A stretch of 32,000 bases of DNA from Candidatus Micrarchaeum sp. (GCF_016806735.1 NZ_CP060530.1:360001-392000), one strand, 5' to 3'. Counted from the first letter of the stretch, positions 1 to 7,428 are shown. Program-made: numbers and translations. Notes: generated by a model not told the origin, from the sequence alone.

Positions 1-1697
1 TCTGCCTGCTTGAGCGCCGGTGCATCGTTGACTCCGTCCCCAGTCATTCCTACTATATAACCGTCTTTCTGCAAGGTTTTGACTATTGTGTATTTGTCTT
101 CTGGGTAAACGTCTGCGAATCCTTCTGCGCTTACTATCTTTCTCTGAAGCTCCTTCTCGTTCTTGCGCTCAGCAGTAATGTCATATATCCTGTTTCCCAT
201 CCCTACCTCGCTGGCTATCTGTGTCGCAACCTTTATGTTGTCCCCGGTTAGCATTTTTGTCTTGACTCCAAGCCCGTGCAGTTCGTCAACGAGCTCCTTT
301 GCATCTTCTCTAGGGGCGTCGTATAAAGCCATGAGCCCGCAAAGGCTCCAGCGTTTTCCATCCTTGCTTTTGGCTATTGCTATTGTCCTGAATCCCTTGG
401 AAGCATATTCTTCTACGGTCTTTAAAACTTCCTTCTTGTTTACCCTGCCTGTAATTCCGAGTGTCATTACCGTGTGTACTGCGCCCTTGGTTACGTAATA
501 GCTGCCCTTCCCTGAACCTATTATGGCAGATGTCCTCTTTGTGGAAGGGTCGAACGGATAGAATTTTTTCTGCTGGCTCGTTTTTATCTTCTTTATGCCC
601 GCATATTCTATCACTGCGTTGTCTATCGGGTCGTTGTCTTCTTTGCGCGAAGCCTCTACCGCATATTTTGCAATCTCGTCCTCAGAACTTCCAAAGCTTT
701 TTATGGCCCTGACTGTTATCTCGTTCTTGGTTATCGTGCCGGTCTTGTCCATGCACAATATCTCCATGTTTGAAGTGTCCTCTATGGCTTCCAATTTGGT
801 AACCAAAACGCCCTTCTTCGCGAGCTTTTCGGTTCCCAGCGCCATAGAAACTGTAAATGCTGCAGAAAGTGCAACTGGTACTGATGCTATCAAGAGGACG
901 AGCAGGAACTTTATTATTATCAATATGTTCTGATGCAGCACGAACAGGCCGAACACAAGCATTATGATAAGTATTATCCCGTCGCCAAGGAGCAGGTATT
1001 TCACTATCCCCATTATCGCCTTCTGGAGATGCGACTTTACTCTTGCGTTCTGTACCAGCTTTGCAGTCTTGCCATATACTGTGTTATAACCAGTACCTAT
1101 GACTATGCATAAAGCCTCTCCTCTTTTTGCCGTCGAGCCCTGCCTTAAAAGGTCGCCTTCCTTCTTTCCTTGCGGCATAGATTCTCCTGTAATTATGGAC
1201 TCGTCAACCTGCAGCTCCTCTGGCTCTATTACCTTGCAGTCTGCTGGTATTATGTCCCCGAGCTTTACCTTTATTATGTCCCCAGGTACAAGCATCTTGG
1301 CCTTTATAACCTGCCATCTGTTGTCCCTCAAAACGCGTGCAGAGCTGGAAAGCCTTTCCTTCAGCGCATCTACGGATTCATCGGCCCTGTATTCTTCTAT
1401 GAAGCCTATTATGGCGTTGAAAACGAGAAGGGCAGTTATTATATATACGTCCCTGATGCTGTTGAGTATATATGAGAGTATTATTACTACTATTAGGATT
1501 AGCTGTACTGGGCCTGTGAACTTTCTTAGGAATATGAGCGCGTAGTTGGGCTTCTTTCCAACTATCTCGTTGTAGCCGTATGACCCTATGCGTTTATCCG
1601 CCTCCTTTGATGAGAGCCCTTTCGTGCTCGAACCAAGCGCCTTGTAAGTCTGCTTAAGGTCAAGCTTCTCTATCTTTTCAGACTCTATCTCCTCCAT
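1..1697 (-). CDS. Cation-transporting P-type ATPase (P2/P3-like, possibly a proton or cation efflux pump). About 565 N-terminal codons are visible and the 3' end runs off the window.
   Basis: Absent from the ORF track because the frame is open to the window edge. My translation from the ATG at 1697 reads MEEIESEKIEKLDLKQTYKALGSSTKGLSSKEADKRIGSYGYNEI... It contains the TGES actuator motif (IITGESMP), the phosphorylation motif CMDKTGTITKNE and, at the window edge, MTGDGVNDAPALKQA. The + strand ORFs at 163-1545 are antisense shadows. Confidence 0.9.
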   Translation of the reverse strand, partial: MEEIESEKIEKLDLKQTYKALGSSTKGLSSKEADKRIGSYGYNEIVGKKPNYALIFLRKFTGPVQLILIVVIILSYILNSIRDVYIITALLVFNAIIGFIEEYRADESVDALKERLSSSARVLRDNRWQVIKAKMLVPGDIIKVKLGDIIPADCKVIEPEELQVDESIITGESMPQGKKEGDLLRQGSTAKRGEALCIVIGTGYNTVYGKTAKLVQNARVKSHLQKAIMGIVKYLLLGDGIILIIMLVFGLFVLHQNILIIIKFLLVLLIASVPVALSAAFTVSMALGTEKLAKKGVLVTKLEAIEDTSNMEILCMDKTGTITKNEITVRAIKSFGSSEDEIAKYAVEASRKEDNDPIDNAVIEYAGIKKIKTSQQKKFYPFDPSTKRTSAIIGSGKGSYYVTKGAVHTVMTLGITGRVNKKEVLKTVEEYASKGFRTIAIAKSKDGKRWSLCGLMALYDAPREDAKELVDELHGLGVKTKMLTGDNIKVATQIASEVGMGNRIYDITAERKNEKELQRKIVSAEGFADVYPEDKYTIVKTLQKDGYIVGMTGDGVNDAPALKQA

Positions 1698-1730
1698 TCA
1701 AACGTCTATACTCCTTTTCTACTAAACCTA

Positions 1731-1738
1731 TTTATAAA
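1731..1738 (-). promoter_or_regulatory. Candidate box A/TATA element for the P-type ATPase gene
   Basis: Palindromic TTTATAAA lies 34-41 nt upstream of the ATG at 1697, in the 61-nt spacer after the aglH stop. Confidence 0.3.
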
Positions 1739-1758
1739 TTCAGAGAAACCGCTCAAAA

Positions 1759-2799
1759 TCAGAGAAGAGCGAAGGACTTCATAACAAACGCAAGGACTAC
1801 GAAAAGTGCCTCTATGACCCACATGTAAGCCGATATCTGCCATTCATTTGGCTTTCCAATCTTCATTATTAAGTGCGTCCAGCTGTATACCTTCTTGCCG
1901 TACTTAGATACGAAGCTTCCATCTGGCTGCAGCGTTCCAAGATCGCTGCTGTGGAACTTCTTCTTTGCGTGCAGGAGAAACTCTATTATCCATGGCATGA
2001 AGACTATTATCCCGAAGGATTCCATGTTGCCTATTACCATGTCTGCTATTATTGCAGCCCCGAAGAAATAGGTAAAGCTGTCCCCCGGGACCATCCTTGC
2101 AGGGTATATATTGAAAGCTGTAAAAACGAGCATCGACGCAAAGAGTATTGCAGAAACCAAGGCTCCTGTATAAGTTCCGAAGATTAAGCTGTAGATTAAA
2201 AGCGCAAAAATTGCAACGGTTCCGGTTCCTGTTGCTATGCCGTCGAATCCGCCCAATAGGTTGAACGCGTTGGCGCCGAACATTATTGCAAGTGGCACTA
2301 CGACAAGCGGGTAGTATACGGAAAGGGCTATGTTTCCTACAAGCGGTATTCTCACAATCGAAATGCCTGCGTTTATGGCCATTAAAGGTATTGCGCCCAT
2401 AAACGTGAGTATCGGCTTCTGCCACTGCTTGAGCCCTGCCCAGGACCCTACCTTGTCCTCCGTATTTGCATTGCTCATCCTTATGTTTATATCGTCAATG
2501 AAGCCGACTATTGTTATGAGCAGCACGGCAGTTATTATGCCAAAAAGGTCTTCAAGCGAAGCTACTGGAGTGTAAAGCCCGAAGCTGCTCCCGAATATAT
2601 ATACCATTAGCCCTACGGAAAAGCCAAACGCTATGGCGAAGCCCAATCCCGTCGGGAGCACTGGCTTGGACTTTTTGTTATGGTCCACAAGGGTTATTCC
2701 AGAATACCTCATGTACTTCATTAGGAACATTGTGGCAACAAGCGTCACTATGGCTCCAACTACTGAAGGTATCAGTATCGTAAGGTAAGTGTGGAACAT
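1759..2799 (-). CDS. aglH: UDP-GlcNAc:dolichyl-phosphate GlcNAc-1-phosphate transferase-like protein (glycosyltransferase family 4, MraY/WecA/AglH family)
   Basis: 346-aa polytopic membrane protein. Family motifs are GFIDD (Asp-Asp), NAFNLLGGFDGIATG (NxxNxxDGxDG-like) and PGDSFTYFFG. ATG at 2797-2799, with a TATA-like GATATAAAC about 35 nt upstream. Confidence 0.8.
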   Translation of the reverse strand: MFHTYLTILIPSVVGAIVTLVATMFLMKYMRYSGITLVDHNKKSKPVLPTGLGFAIAFGFSVGLMVYIFGSSFGLYTPVASLEDLFGIITAVLLITIVGFIDDINIRMSNANTEDKVGSWAGLKQWQKPILTFMGAIPLMAINAGISIVRIPLVGNIALSVYYPLVVVPLAIMFGANAFNLLGGFDGIATGTGTVAIFALLIYSLIFGTYTGALVSAILFASMLVFTAFNIYPARMVPGDSFTYFFGAAIIADMVIGNMESFGIIVFMPWIIEFLLHAKKKFHSSDLGTLQPDGSFVSKYGKKVYSWTHLIMKIGKPNEWQISAYMWVIEALFVVLAFVMKSFALL

Positions 2800-2957
2800 T
2801 CAAGGCCCCGTAAGCATTGGATAAGTAAGTTTATATCAAAACGGAGATTATAAAACTTTTGTTTGCTTTGCAAAACCGGAAATGCCCATAACCAATTGCC
2901 ATACTGTTAAGCTTATTAAAGATAAGTCGGCAAACTACTTACTGTTAAGTATGCTAT

Positions 2958-3031
2958 GCCCCTGTAGTATAACTTGGATAGAACACGAGCTTGCGGAGCT
3001 TGTGATCCGGGTCCAAATCCCGGCAGGGGCG
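2958..3031 (+). tRNA. tRNA-Arg (anticodon GCG at 2993-2995), no encoded CCA, with atypical D stem and T loop
   Basis: Hand fold gives a perfect 7-bp acceptor stem (GCCCCTG/CAGGGGC) and discriminator G. The anticodon stem is CGAGC/GCTTG with loop TTGCGGA. The T stem is CCGGG/CCCGG. Deviations are a T loop of TCCAAAT (C where the near-universal U55 is expected) and an A/A mismatch in the D stem (2969 versus 2982). Confidence 0.75.
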
Positions 3032-3032
3032 T
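3020..3032. repeat. Left copy of the 13-nt direct repeat CCGGCAGGGGCGT (tRNA-Arg 3' end), candidate att core
   Basis: Exact match, in the same orientation, to 5157-5169. Confidence 0.7.
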
Positions 3033-3169
3033 ATAACCCACAGTAAGGAACCCTTATATAACGATTTAAATAAGTAAAGGCAACACCGCACTTAAAGAAA
3101 AGGATCCGCTACTATACCGATTTATATAGGACTTGATGGAGGAGATGGAAGAATAAAGACCATCAAGTT

Positions 3170-3547
3170 TTAGGTTAGTCTATGACCTCTCCATTCAAAA
3201 AACCAAGCTAAGCCTTCTAACATTACTAAAGCACTTCCAATAAACCAAAATACTAAAAATAAAATATCAATCAATGAAATACCTACTAAACTTTTGAGCT
3301 TTAAAAGTAAGGCTGATTCAATTAATGTAAGAGCTAACAACATAAAGCTTAAACCGATCAAAATTTTATTATGCCTTTTTGTGTTGTTGTTTAGTTCTTT
3401 GATTAGGGACAATAATTCAGAACTACTTCCAACATTGTTTATATTGTCTCGCACTTCTCCAGTAATTGTTATTAATCTTTCAAGAGAATCTTCAAGTTTT
3501 TTACTTCTATCAATGTCCTCATTTTTATTTTTCATAGAAAAACCCAT
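3170..3547 (-). CDS. Hypothetical membrane protein: hydrophilic N-terminal half followed by two C-terminal TM helices
   Basis: ORF track 3170-3562 begins at a TTG; the first ATG is at 3547 (MGFSMKNKNEDIDRSKK...). TM segments are ILIGLSFMLLALTLIESALLL and LIDILFLVFWFIGSALVMLEGLAWF. It is last in a three-gene minus-strand unit. I recognise no family. Confidence 0.5.
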   Translation of the reverse strand: MGFSMKNKNEDIDRSKKLEDSLERLITITGEVRDNINNVGSSSELLSLIKELNNNTKRHNKILIGLSFMLLALTLIESALLLKLKSLVGISLIDILFLVFWFIGSALVMLEGLAWFFEWRGHRLT

Positions 3548-3571
3548 ACCATCCGAATACAATAAACATTA

Positions 3572-3835
3572 TTAACTTGTCCTATTTCTATTGGCAAGCC
3601 ATCTAGCACCCTTTGGATATGCTAAAATCAATCCTATAGCAATCAATACTGCACTTATAAGTATACCTACTAAATCCCAGAATATGCCAGAGAATAAGAA
3701 GGTAAAGTTAGAGGTGCTTATCGTTTTGTGATAACTAGTTATGTAAGCATTATATGATAAGACAAGGATAACTATCGCTATGATGGTGAGAACAAGGCCT
3801 GTAATCTGTTTTAGGTGCAACATAATATCAGCCAT
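3572..3835 (-). CDS. Hypothetical small membrane protein (87 aa, 2 TM)
   Basis: Its ATG at 3833-3835 overlaps the stop of the upstream ORF by 8 nt (ATGGCTGA), which suggests translational coupling. It has two long hydrophobic segments. No family recognised. Confidence 0.5.
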   Translation of the reverse strand: MADIMLHLKQITGLVLTIIAIVILVLSYNAYITSYHKTISTSNFTFLFSGIFWDLVGILISAVLIAIGLILAYPKGARWLANRNRTS

Positions 3836-4388
3836 TTAATGGCAATATTCCTGCAATGCTCAATATTAATATTAATTCAAGTATGATTAAAAAAATAAAT
3901 GCCAAGTATGAAACAAATTTACTTTTAGAAAAAATCTTTTCCGATTTTTTGTGTTGTAGCCTTAGGGCTATACCTGCAAACAAAATAATAAGAAACATGA
4001 TTAAGAATACACCGTATAACTCACTAGTGATTGGAATAATGAAACTACAACTATGTATTTTTATGCTATTGCTACTGTTACTACAGATGGAACTATTTAA
4101 AAAATCTAAAGAAGTCAAAGAAGCAAATAATAATATGATTATTGAGATAATGGTGTTAAAAAATACTCTCTCTTCTTCAATGTCTCCATTTAGTTCAAAA
4201 GTATACATTATTAGGTATGTGGCCCCTAAACTAATTACTGATGCATAAATTATGTTGGCACTAAGGGATTCTTTAAGAAGTAAATAAAGGATAACTACAG
4301 TCACGATTATCGAAAAAAGCACTATTAATTCTTTTGTTTCTATAGTTGCCTGCTTAATCTTTTCTTTTAGGTACCTTATGTTTATCAT
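3828..4388 (-). CDS. Hypothetical polytopic membrane protein (186 aa, about 5 TM)
   Basis: ATG at 4386-4388, first gene of the minus-strand unit. Multiple hydrophobic helices and a Ser/Asn-rich loop (NSSICSNSSNSIKIHSCS). No family recognised. Confidence 0.55.
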   Translation of the reverse strand: MINIRYLKEKIKQATIETKELIVLFSIIVTVVILYLLLKESLSANIIYASVISLGATYLIMYTFELNGDIEEERVFFNTIISIIILLFASLTSLDFLNSSICSNSSNSIKIHSCSFIIPITSELYGVFLIMFLIILFAGIALRLQHKKSEKIFSKSKFVSYLAFIFLIILELILILSIAGILPLNG

Positions 4389-4448
4389 AGGTATACAGAA
4401 AGATATATCACCAAAATCAATAAAAGCCTTACACGCTAAGTAGTTTTG

Positions 4449-4886
4449 ATGCGTATGGGTGCTGGAGCAAAGATAGGAGGAGTTATATTTCTTCTAATTA
4501 TTCTCGCAGGTGTATACTACCTTTATTCTATAGGGACTTTTGCTACACTATTATCAACACCTATATCATCAATTGTAAATAATCCTGCTAGTTATTTAGG
4601 AAAACAGATTACAGTAACAGGAGATTTAGGAGACGGAGATATAAGTGGAATAAACTGGTATGGTCTTTATAGTACAGTGGGTTATGTAGAAGTTTATATA
4701 AATAACGAAAGTCCATATGCTATCTACGATTTTGGTTACAATTATACTATGACTGGATTATTTACAAAAACGGTTGGTTGTTCAGAATTTGGGATAGTAA
4801 GTCTTGGAAATTGCATTGGAGGTTTTGGTAGTAATACAGAGATTTATTACTTGAATGTAACTTCTGTAAAACCCGCTACACCTTAA
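4449..4886 (+). CDS. Hypothetical N-terminally anchored extracellular protein (about 145 aa)
   Basis: The track start at 4446 is a TTG and an ATG follows at 4449. An N-terminal TM or signal anchor (IGGVIFLLIILAGVYYLY) precedes a Gly/Tyr-rich, probably beta-rich domain with N-X-S/T sequons. It is divergent from the 4388 unit. Confidence 0.55.
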   Translation: MRMGAGAKIGGVIFLLIILAGVYYLYSIGTFATLLSTPISSIVNNPASYLGKQITVTGDLGDGDISGINWYGLYSTVGYVEVYINNESPYAIYDFGYNYTMTGLFTKTVGCSEFGIVSLGNCIGGFGSNTEIYYLNVTSVKPATP

Positions 4887-4896
4887 ATGTGACACT

Positions 4897-5091
4897 ATGG
4901 TTAATTGGAAATTTGCTTTGTTTTTTTATGGTCTGATAGTGGCGGTTATATTTCTTGTATTTCTGACATTTATAGAAATTTCTTATTTTGGGATAGACTT
5001 TAATACAATATTTATGAGCATACTCATTATATCAAGCTTATACATTATAATAAAAGTTGCAATAGAAAAGCGACCAAAACTCAGAAAGTAA
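4897..5091 (+). CDS. Hypothetical small membrane protein (64 aa, 2 TM)
   Basis: ATG lies 10 nt after the stop of the preceding ORF. Two hydrophobic helices and a basic C terminus (EKRPKLRK). Confidence 0.45.
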   Translation: MVNWKFALFFYGLIVAVIFLVFLTFIEISYFGIDFNTIFMSILIISSLYIIIKVAIEKRPKLRK

Positions 5092-5156
5092 TAATTATCA
5101 ACTTTGCCAGAGGTAAGATACAAATAACAGCAGGTTCCTTATCGAGAAGAGGGCAA

Positions 5157-5169
5157 CCGGCAGGGGCGT
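5157..5169. repeat. Right copy of the 13-nt direct repeat CCGGCAGGGGCGT, candidate att core
   Basis: Exact match to 3020-3032. It lies in a noncoding spacer at the point where composition returns to normal. Confidence 0.7.
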
Positions 5170-5227
5170 CGCTGATAACAATTTCCTGCTTCAAAAAATC
5201 CGTGCTCTTTGCTTTCCGTGCACAAAA

Positions 5228-5419
5228 CTACTCCGATTTGGGGTGCTCTTTCATGAATAGCGAGACCACAATGAATATAATGCTAAGGACAAATTCAAAC
5301 AGTATCAGTTCAACCTCGGTAAATGTGCCTCTGGCTTTCCAATAAGCTATCGCGCTTGTCGCCCACGCTATTATCAAACCTACACCGACGCCACGGACAT
5401 AATATTTTCTTATTTTCAT
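5228..5419 (-). CDS. Small 2-TM membrane protein, paralog of 5432-5647
   Basis: 63 aa. Its N-terminal helix YVRGVGVGLIIAWATSAIAYWKAR matches the C-terminal helix of the upstream ORF. An AGGAG Shine-Dalgarno-like motif sits in the 12-nt spacer. Confidence 0.6.
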   Translation of the reverse strand: MKIRKYYVRGVGVGLIIAWATSAIAYWKARGTFTEVELILFEFVLSIIFIVVSLFMKEHPKSE

Positions 5420-5431
5420 TGCTTCGCTCCT

Positions 5432-5647
5432 TTACTTTGACCTCATCCTTACGCTTAAGTACGCTATCGCGCTAGTGACCCATGCTATTGTGAGCCCAAT
5501 CCCCACTCCGCGTATATAAGCATTATCCCTAAAATGGCCAATCATGTAAAGTATCACGCCCAAAACAAGCTCCAGCATTATAAGAGCAAGTATCAGCTTT
5601 GGATAAGTATCTATCGCGCCGATATTGGTCTTTATTTTATCCGGCAT
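5432..5647 (-). CDS. Small 2-TM membrane protein, paralog of 5228-5419
   Basis: 71 aa. Its C-terminal helix YIRGVGIGLTIAWVTSAIAYLSVR matches the downstream ORF, and the similarity is also visible at the DNA level. Confidence 0.6.
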   Translation of the reverse strand: MPDKIKTNIGAIDTYPKLILALIMLELVLGVILYMIGHFRDNAYIRGVGIGLTIAWVTSAIAYLSVRMRSK

Positions 5648-5789
5648 AAGATTAACCTGTTGTTTTTCTAGTTTGCATAATGAGCCAAGCGCATATATAA
5701 GCTTATTTATACTGCTTTAGCCATTAAATTTTATTATCCTGATCCATTAAGGGGTTGGATTCTTAACTACTTTTGCGCCTATAACTGGT

Positions 5790-6530
5790 TTATCGGTTGA
5801 CCGGTGTTATATTAAGCTCTATCTGGATCGCTATGCGGTCTGTCGTATTTGTGTTGCCTACGCTAAGCTGCAGCCTGCCAGGGGAATATACGCCGGATAC
5901 TGTGGCATTGGTCCCTGCCATTACAAGAACTTGCTGCGATGCATTTTCCGAAGCATTCGCCAAGGAAGATTCTCCAAATATAATAACGCCTGAATTTTTC
6001 TGGTTTGCCTCTGCTGTCAATTTGACATAGGATACCTGGCTTATGTTGAAAGTCAAATTCGAATAAGCAATGCTTACTGTCTTAAGTATCAGGTACTTGC
6101 TGCCTTTCATATACGTAGACTGCGATGCTACTGTCGCATTTTGAAGGAATAATGTCTTGTTAAACAGTGTCGATTTTGGAGTACTTGCCCTGCTGGTATT
6201 AAATCCGGCTTTGGTTGAAGAATTATAATTATCATTGCCCATGCCGCTGCGGTTGCCTGCAGCCAAGGCGTCTGTTGCATTAACCGAGGTACGGTTTAAA
6301 AATTGCACCCGGCTGCCATTATGCCCATTGCCAATTGCGCTTGAATTAACCTCGTGCATTCCATGGCTGGACGAGTTTGAGTAATTAATATGGCTTGTTG
6401 GCACCGGCATGCCTCCAGAGTGCGGATAGATCTGCCCAGAGCTTATCGCTCCGTATAACATAAGTGCAATTATCGGGATCGCAATAACGATGCCTAAAGC
6501 TCTGGCGTGGTATTTTGTCTTTTTCATCAT
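5790..6530 (-). CDS. N-terminally anchored, Asn/Ser-rich, sequon-rich extracellular protein (hypothetical)
   Basis: The track ORF extends to a TTG at 6656. The likely start is ATGATG at 6530 (MMKKTKYHARALGIVIAIPIIALMLYG), giving a basic N terminus plus signal anchor. Many N-X-S/T sites follow (NYSNSS, NRTSVNAT, NKT, NAT, NLT, NIS...). Confidence 0.6.
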   Translation of the reverse strand: MMKKTKYHARALGIVIAIPIIALMLYGAISSGQIYPHSGGMPVPTSHINYSNSSSHGMHEVNSSAIGNGHNGSRVQFLNRTSVNATDALAAGNRSGMGNDNYNSSTKAGFNTSRASTPKSTLFNKTLFLQNATVASQSTYMKGSKYLILKTVSIAYSNLTFNISQVSYVKLTAEANQKNSGVIIFGESSLANASENASQQVLVMAGTNATVSGVYSPGRLQLSVGNTNTTDRIAIQIELNITPVNR

Positions 6531-6860
6531 GTCGCCTGACGAACATTGCCGAGTAAGCGCAGCAGAAAGCGCATCTTGACTGAAAGCACCACTTATTTTC
6601 ACCTTTGGGCTTAAATAGGCTCTTGTATTTAGCGGGAATTCTTGTATTCGCATCAAGCTTTTGGTTATATAAATGGATTATTGGGAGTATTGCAGCCTAA
6701 TCGAGTTGCCATAAACAAAGTTTATAACTGAGCCTTTCTTTCCATAAGCAAGCCGTAGTGGTTTGGCGATGGCACAAATTTTTCCAAAAGCAGCCAAAAC
6801 GCCTTGCCAAGTAACAAATAATTGCGATAAGTGTTAATATCCATTGCAGGATATGCTATT

Positions 6861-7400
6861 ATGCCTAAAAGCCAGAATCCAATATATGCGTTGGGCTATT
6901 CGAATCTCGAAATAGCCAAGTTCATAAAAATTCTCAAGTCACATTCGGTTGATACGCTCGTCGACGTTCGAACAATCCCGAAATCAAGGCATCAGCCGGA
7001 TTTCAATGAGGCAAGGCTTTCATCACGCTTGAAACGGAACGGCATAGAATACGTGCACTTCAAGGAGCTTGGCGGCCTGAGGAAGCCATCAAAAGAATCC
7101 ATAAACATGGGATGGAGAAACGAGAGCTTCAGGGGATTTGCAGACTATATGCAGACCAGAGCCTTTGCCAGCGCCGTATTGAAACTCATAGGGCTAAGCA
7201 GGAAGCACACGCTGGCTATGATGTGTGCAGAGGGCAACCCATTCAGGTGCCATAGATCGCTCATAGCAGATGCGCTTACGGTAAGGGGAAGGAAGGTTTA
7301 CCACATATCTGGTATTTCAGGATCAAGGCCGCACGAACTTACATCGTTTGCCAAGGTAAAGGGTACAAAGATAACATATCCGAAAAGCCGGAGCGCATAG
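6861..7400 (+). CDS. DUF488 family protein
   Basis: The track start at 6831 is a GTG and an ATG lies at 6861. The motif pattern fits my memory of DUF488: IYALGYSN, LVDVRTIPKSRHQPDFN, FKELGG, RGFADYMQT, MCAEGNPFRCHRSLIADAL. Confidence 0.7.
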   Translation: MPKSQNPIYALGYSNLEIAKFIKILKSHSVDTLVDVRTIPKSRHQPDFNEARLSSRLKRNGIEYVHFKELGGLRKPSKESINMGWRNESFRGFADYMQTRAFASAVLKLIGLSRKHTLAMMCAEGNPFRCHRSLIADALTVRGRKVYHISGISGSRPHELTSFAKVKGTKITYPKSRSA

Positions 7401-7428
7401 TGCCACACCAATCGATGCAGGTGATGTT

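Larger units (their letters stand above)
3020..5169. mobile_element. Putative degenerate integrated element or genomic islet at tRNA-Arg, with no integrase visible
   Basis: 13-nt direct repeats sit at both ends. A sub-terminal 9-nt inverted pair is TAAGGAACC (3044-3052) and GGTTCCTTA (5133-5141). The interior is strongly AT-rich: hand counts of sampled 60-nt lines give about 22-37% G+C, against about 45-53% in flanking genes. The cargo is five small membrane-protein ORFs. Confidence 0.4.

Noticed and set aside
163-1545. Several + strand ORFs (163-498, 461-712, 595-933, 1099-1545, 1170-1475)
   Set aside because: They lie antisense to a P-type ATPase frame with unmistakable motifs (TGES, DKTGT, GDGVNDAPAL). 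Their products are low-complexity Ser/Leu/Pro-rich shadows.
1873-2575. Alternative-frame ORFs within the aglH region (1873-2187 +, 1904-2425 -, 2330-2575 +)
   Set aside because: They overlap a coherent 346-aa GT4-family membrane protein frame. Their products are Arg/Cys-rich nonsense.
6531-6656. Upstream extension (TTG start) of the Asn/Ser-rich protein ORF
   Set aside because: The internal ATGATG at 6530 gives a canonical basic N terminus plus signal anchor. The extension has no such logic.
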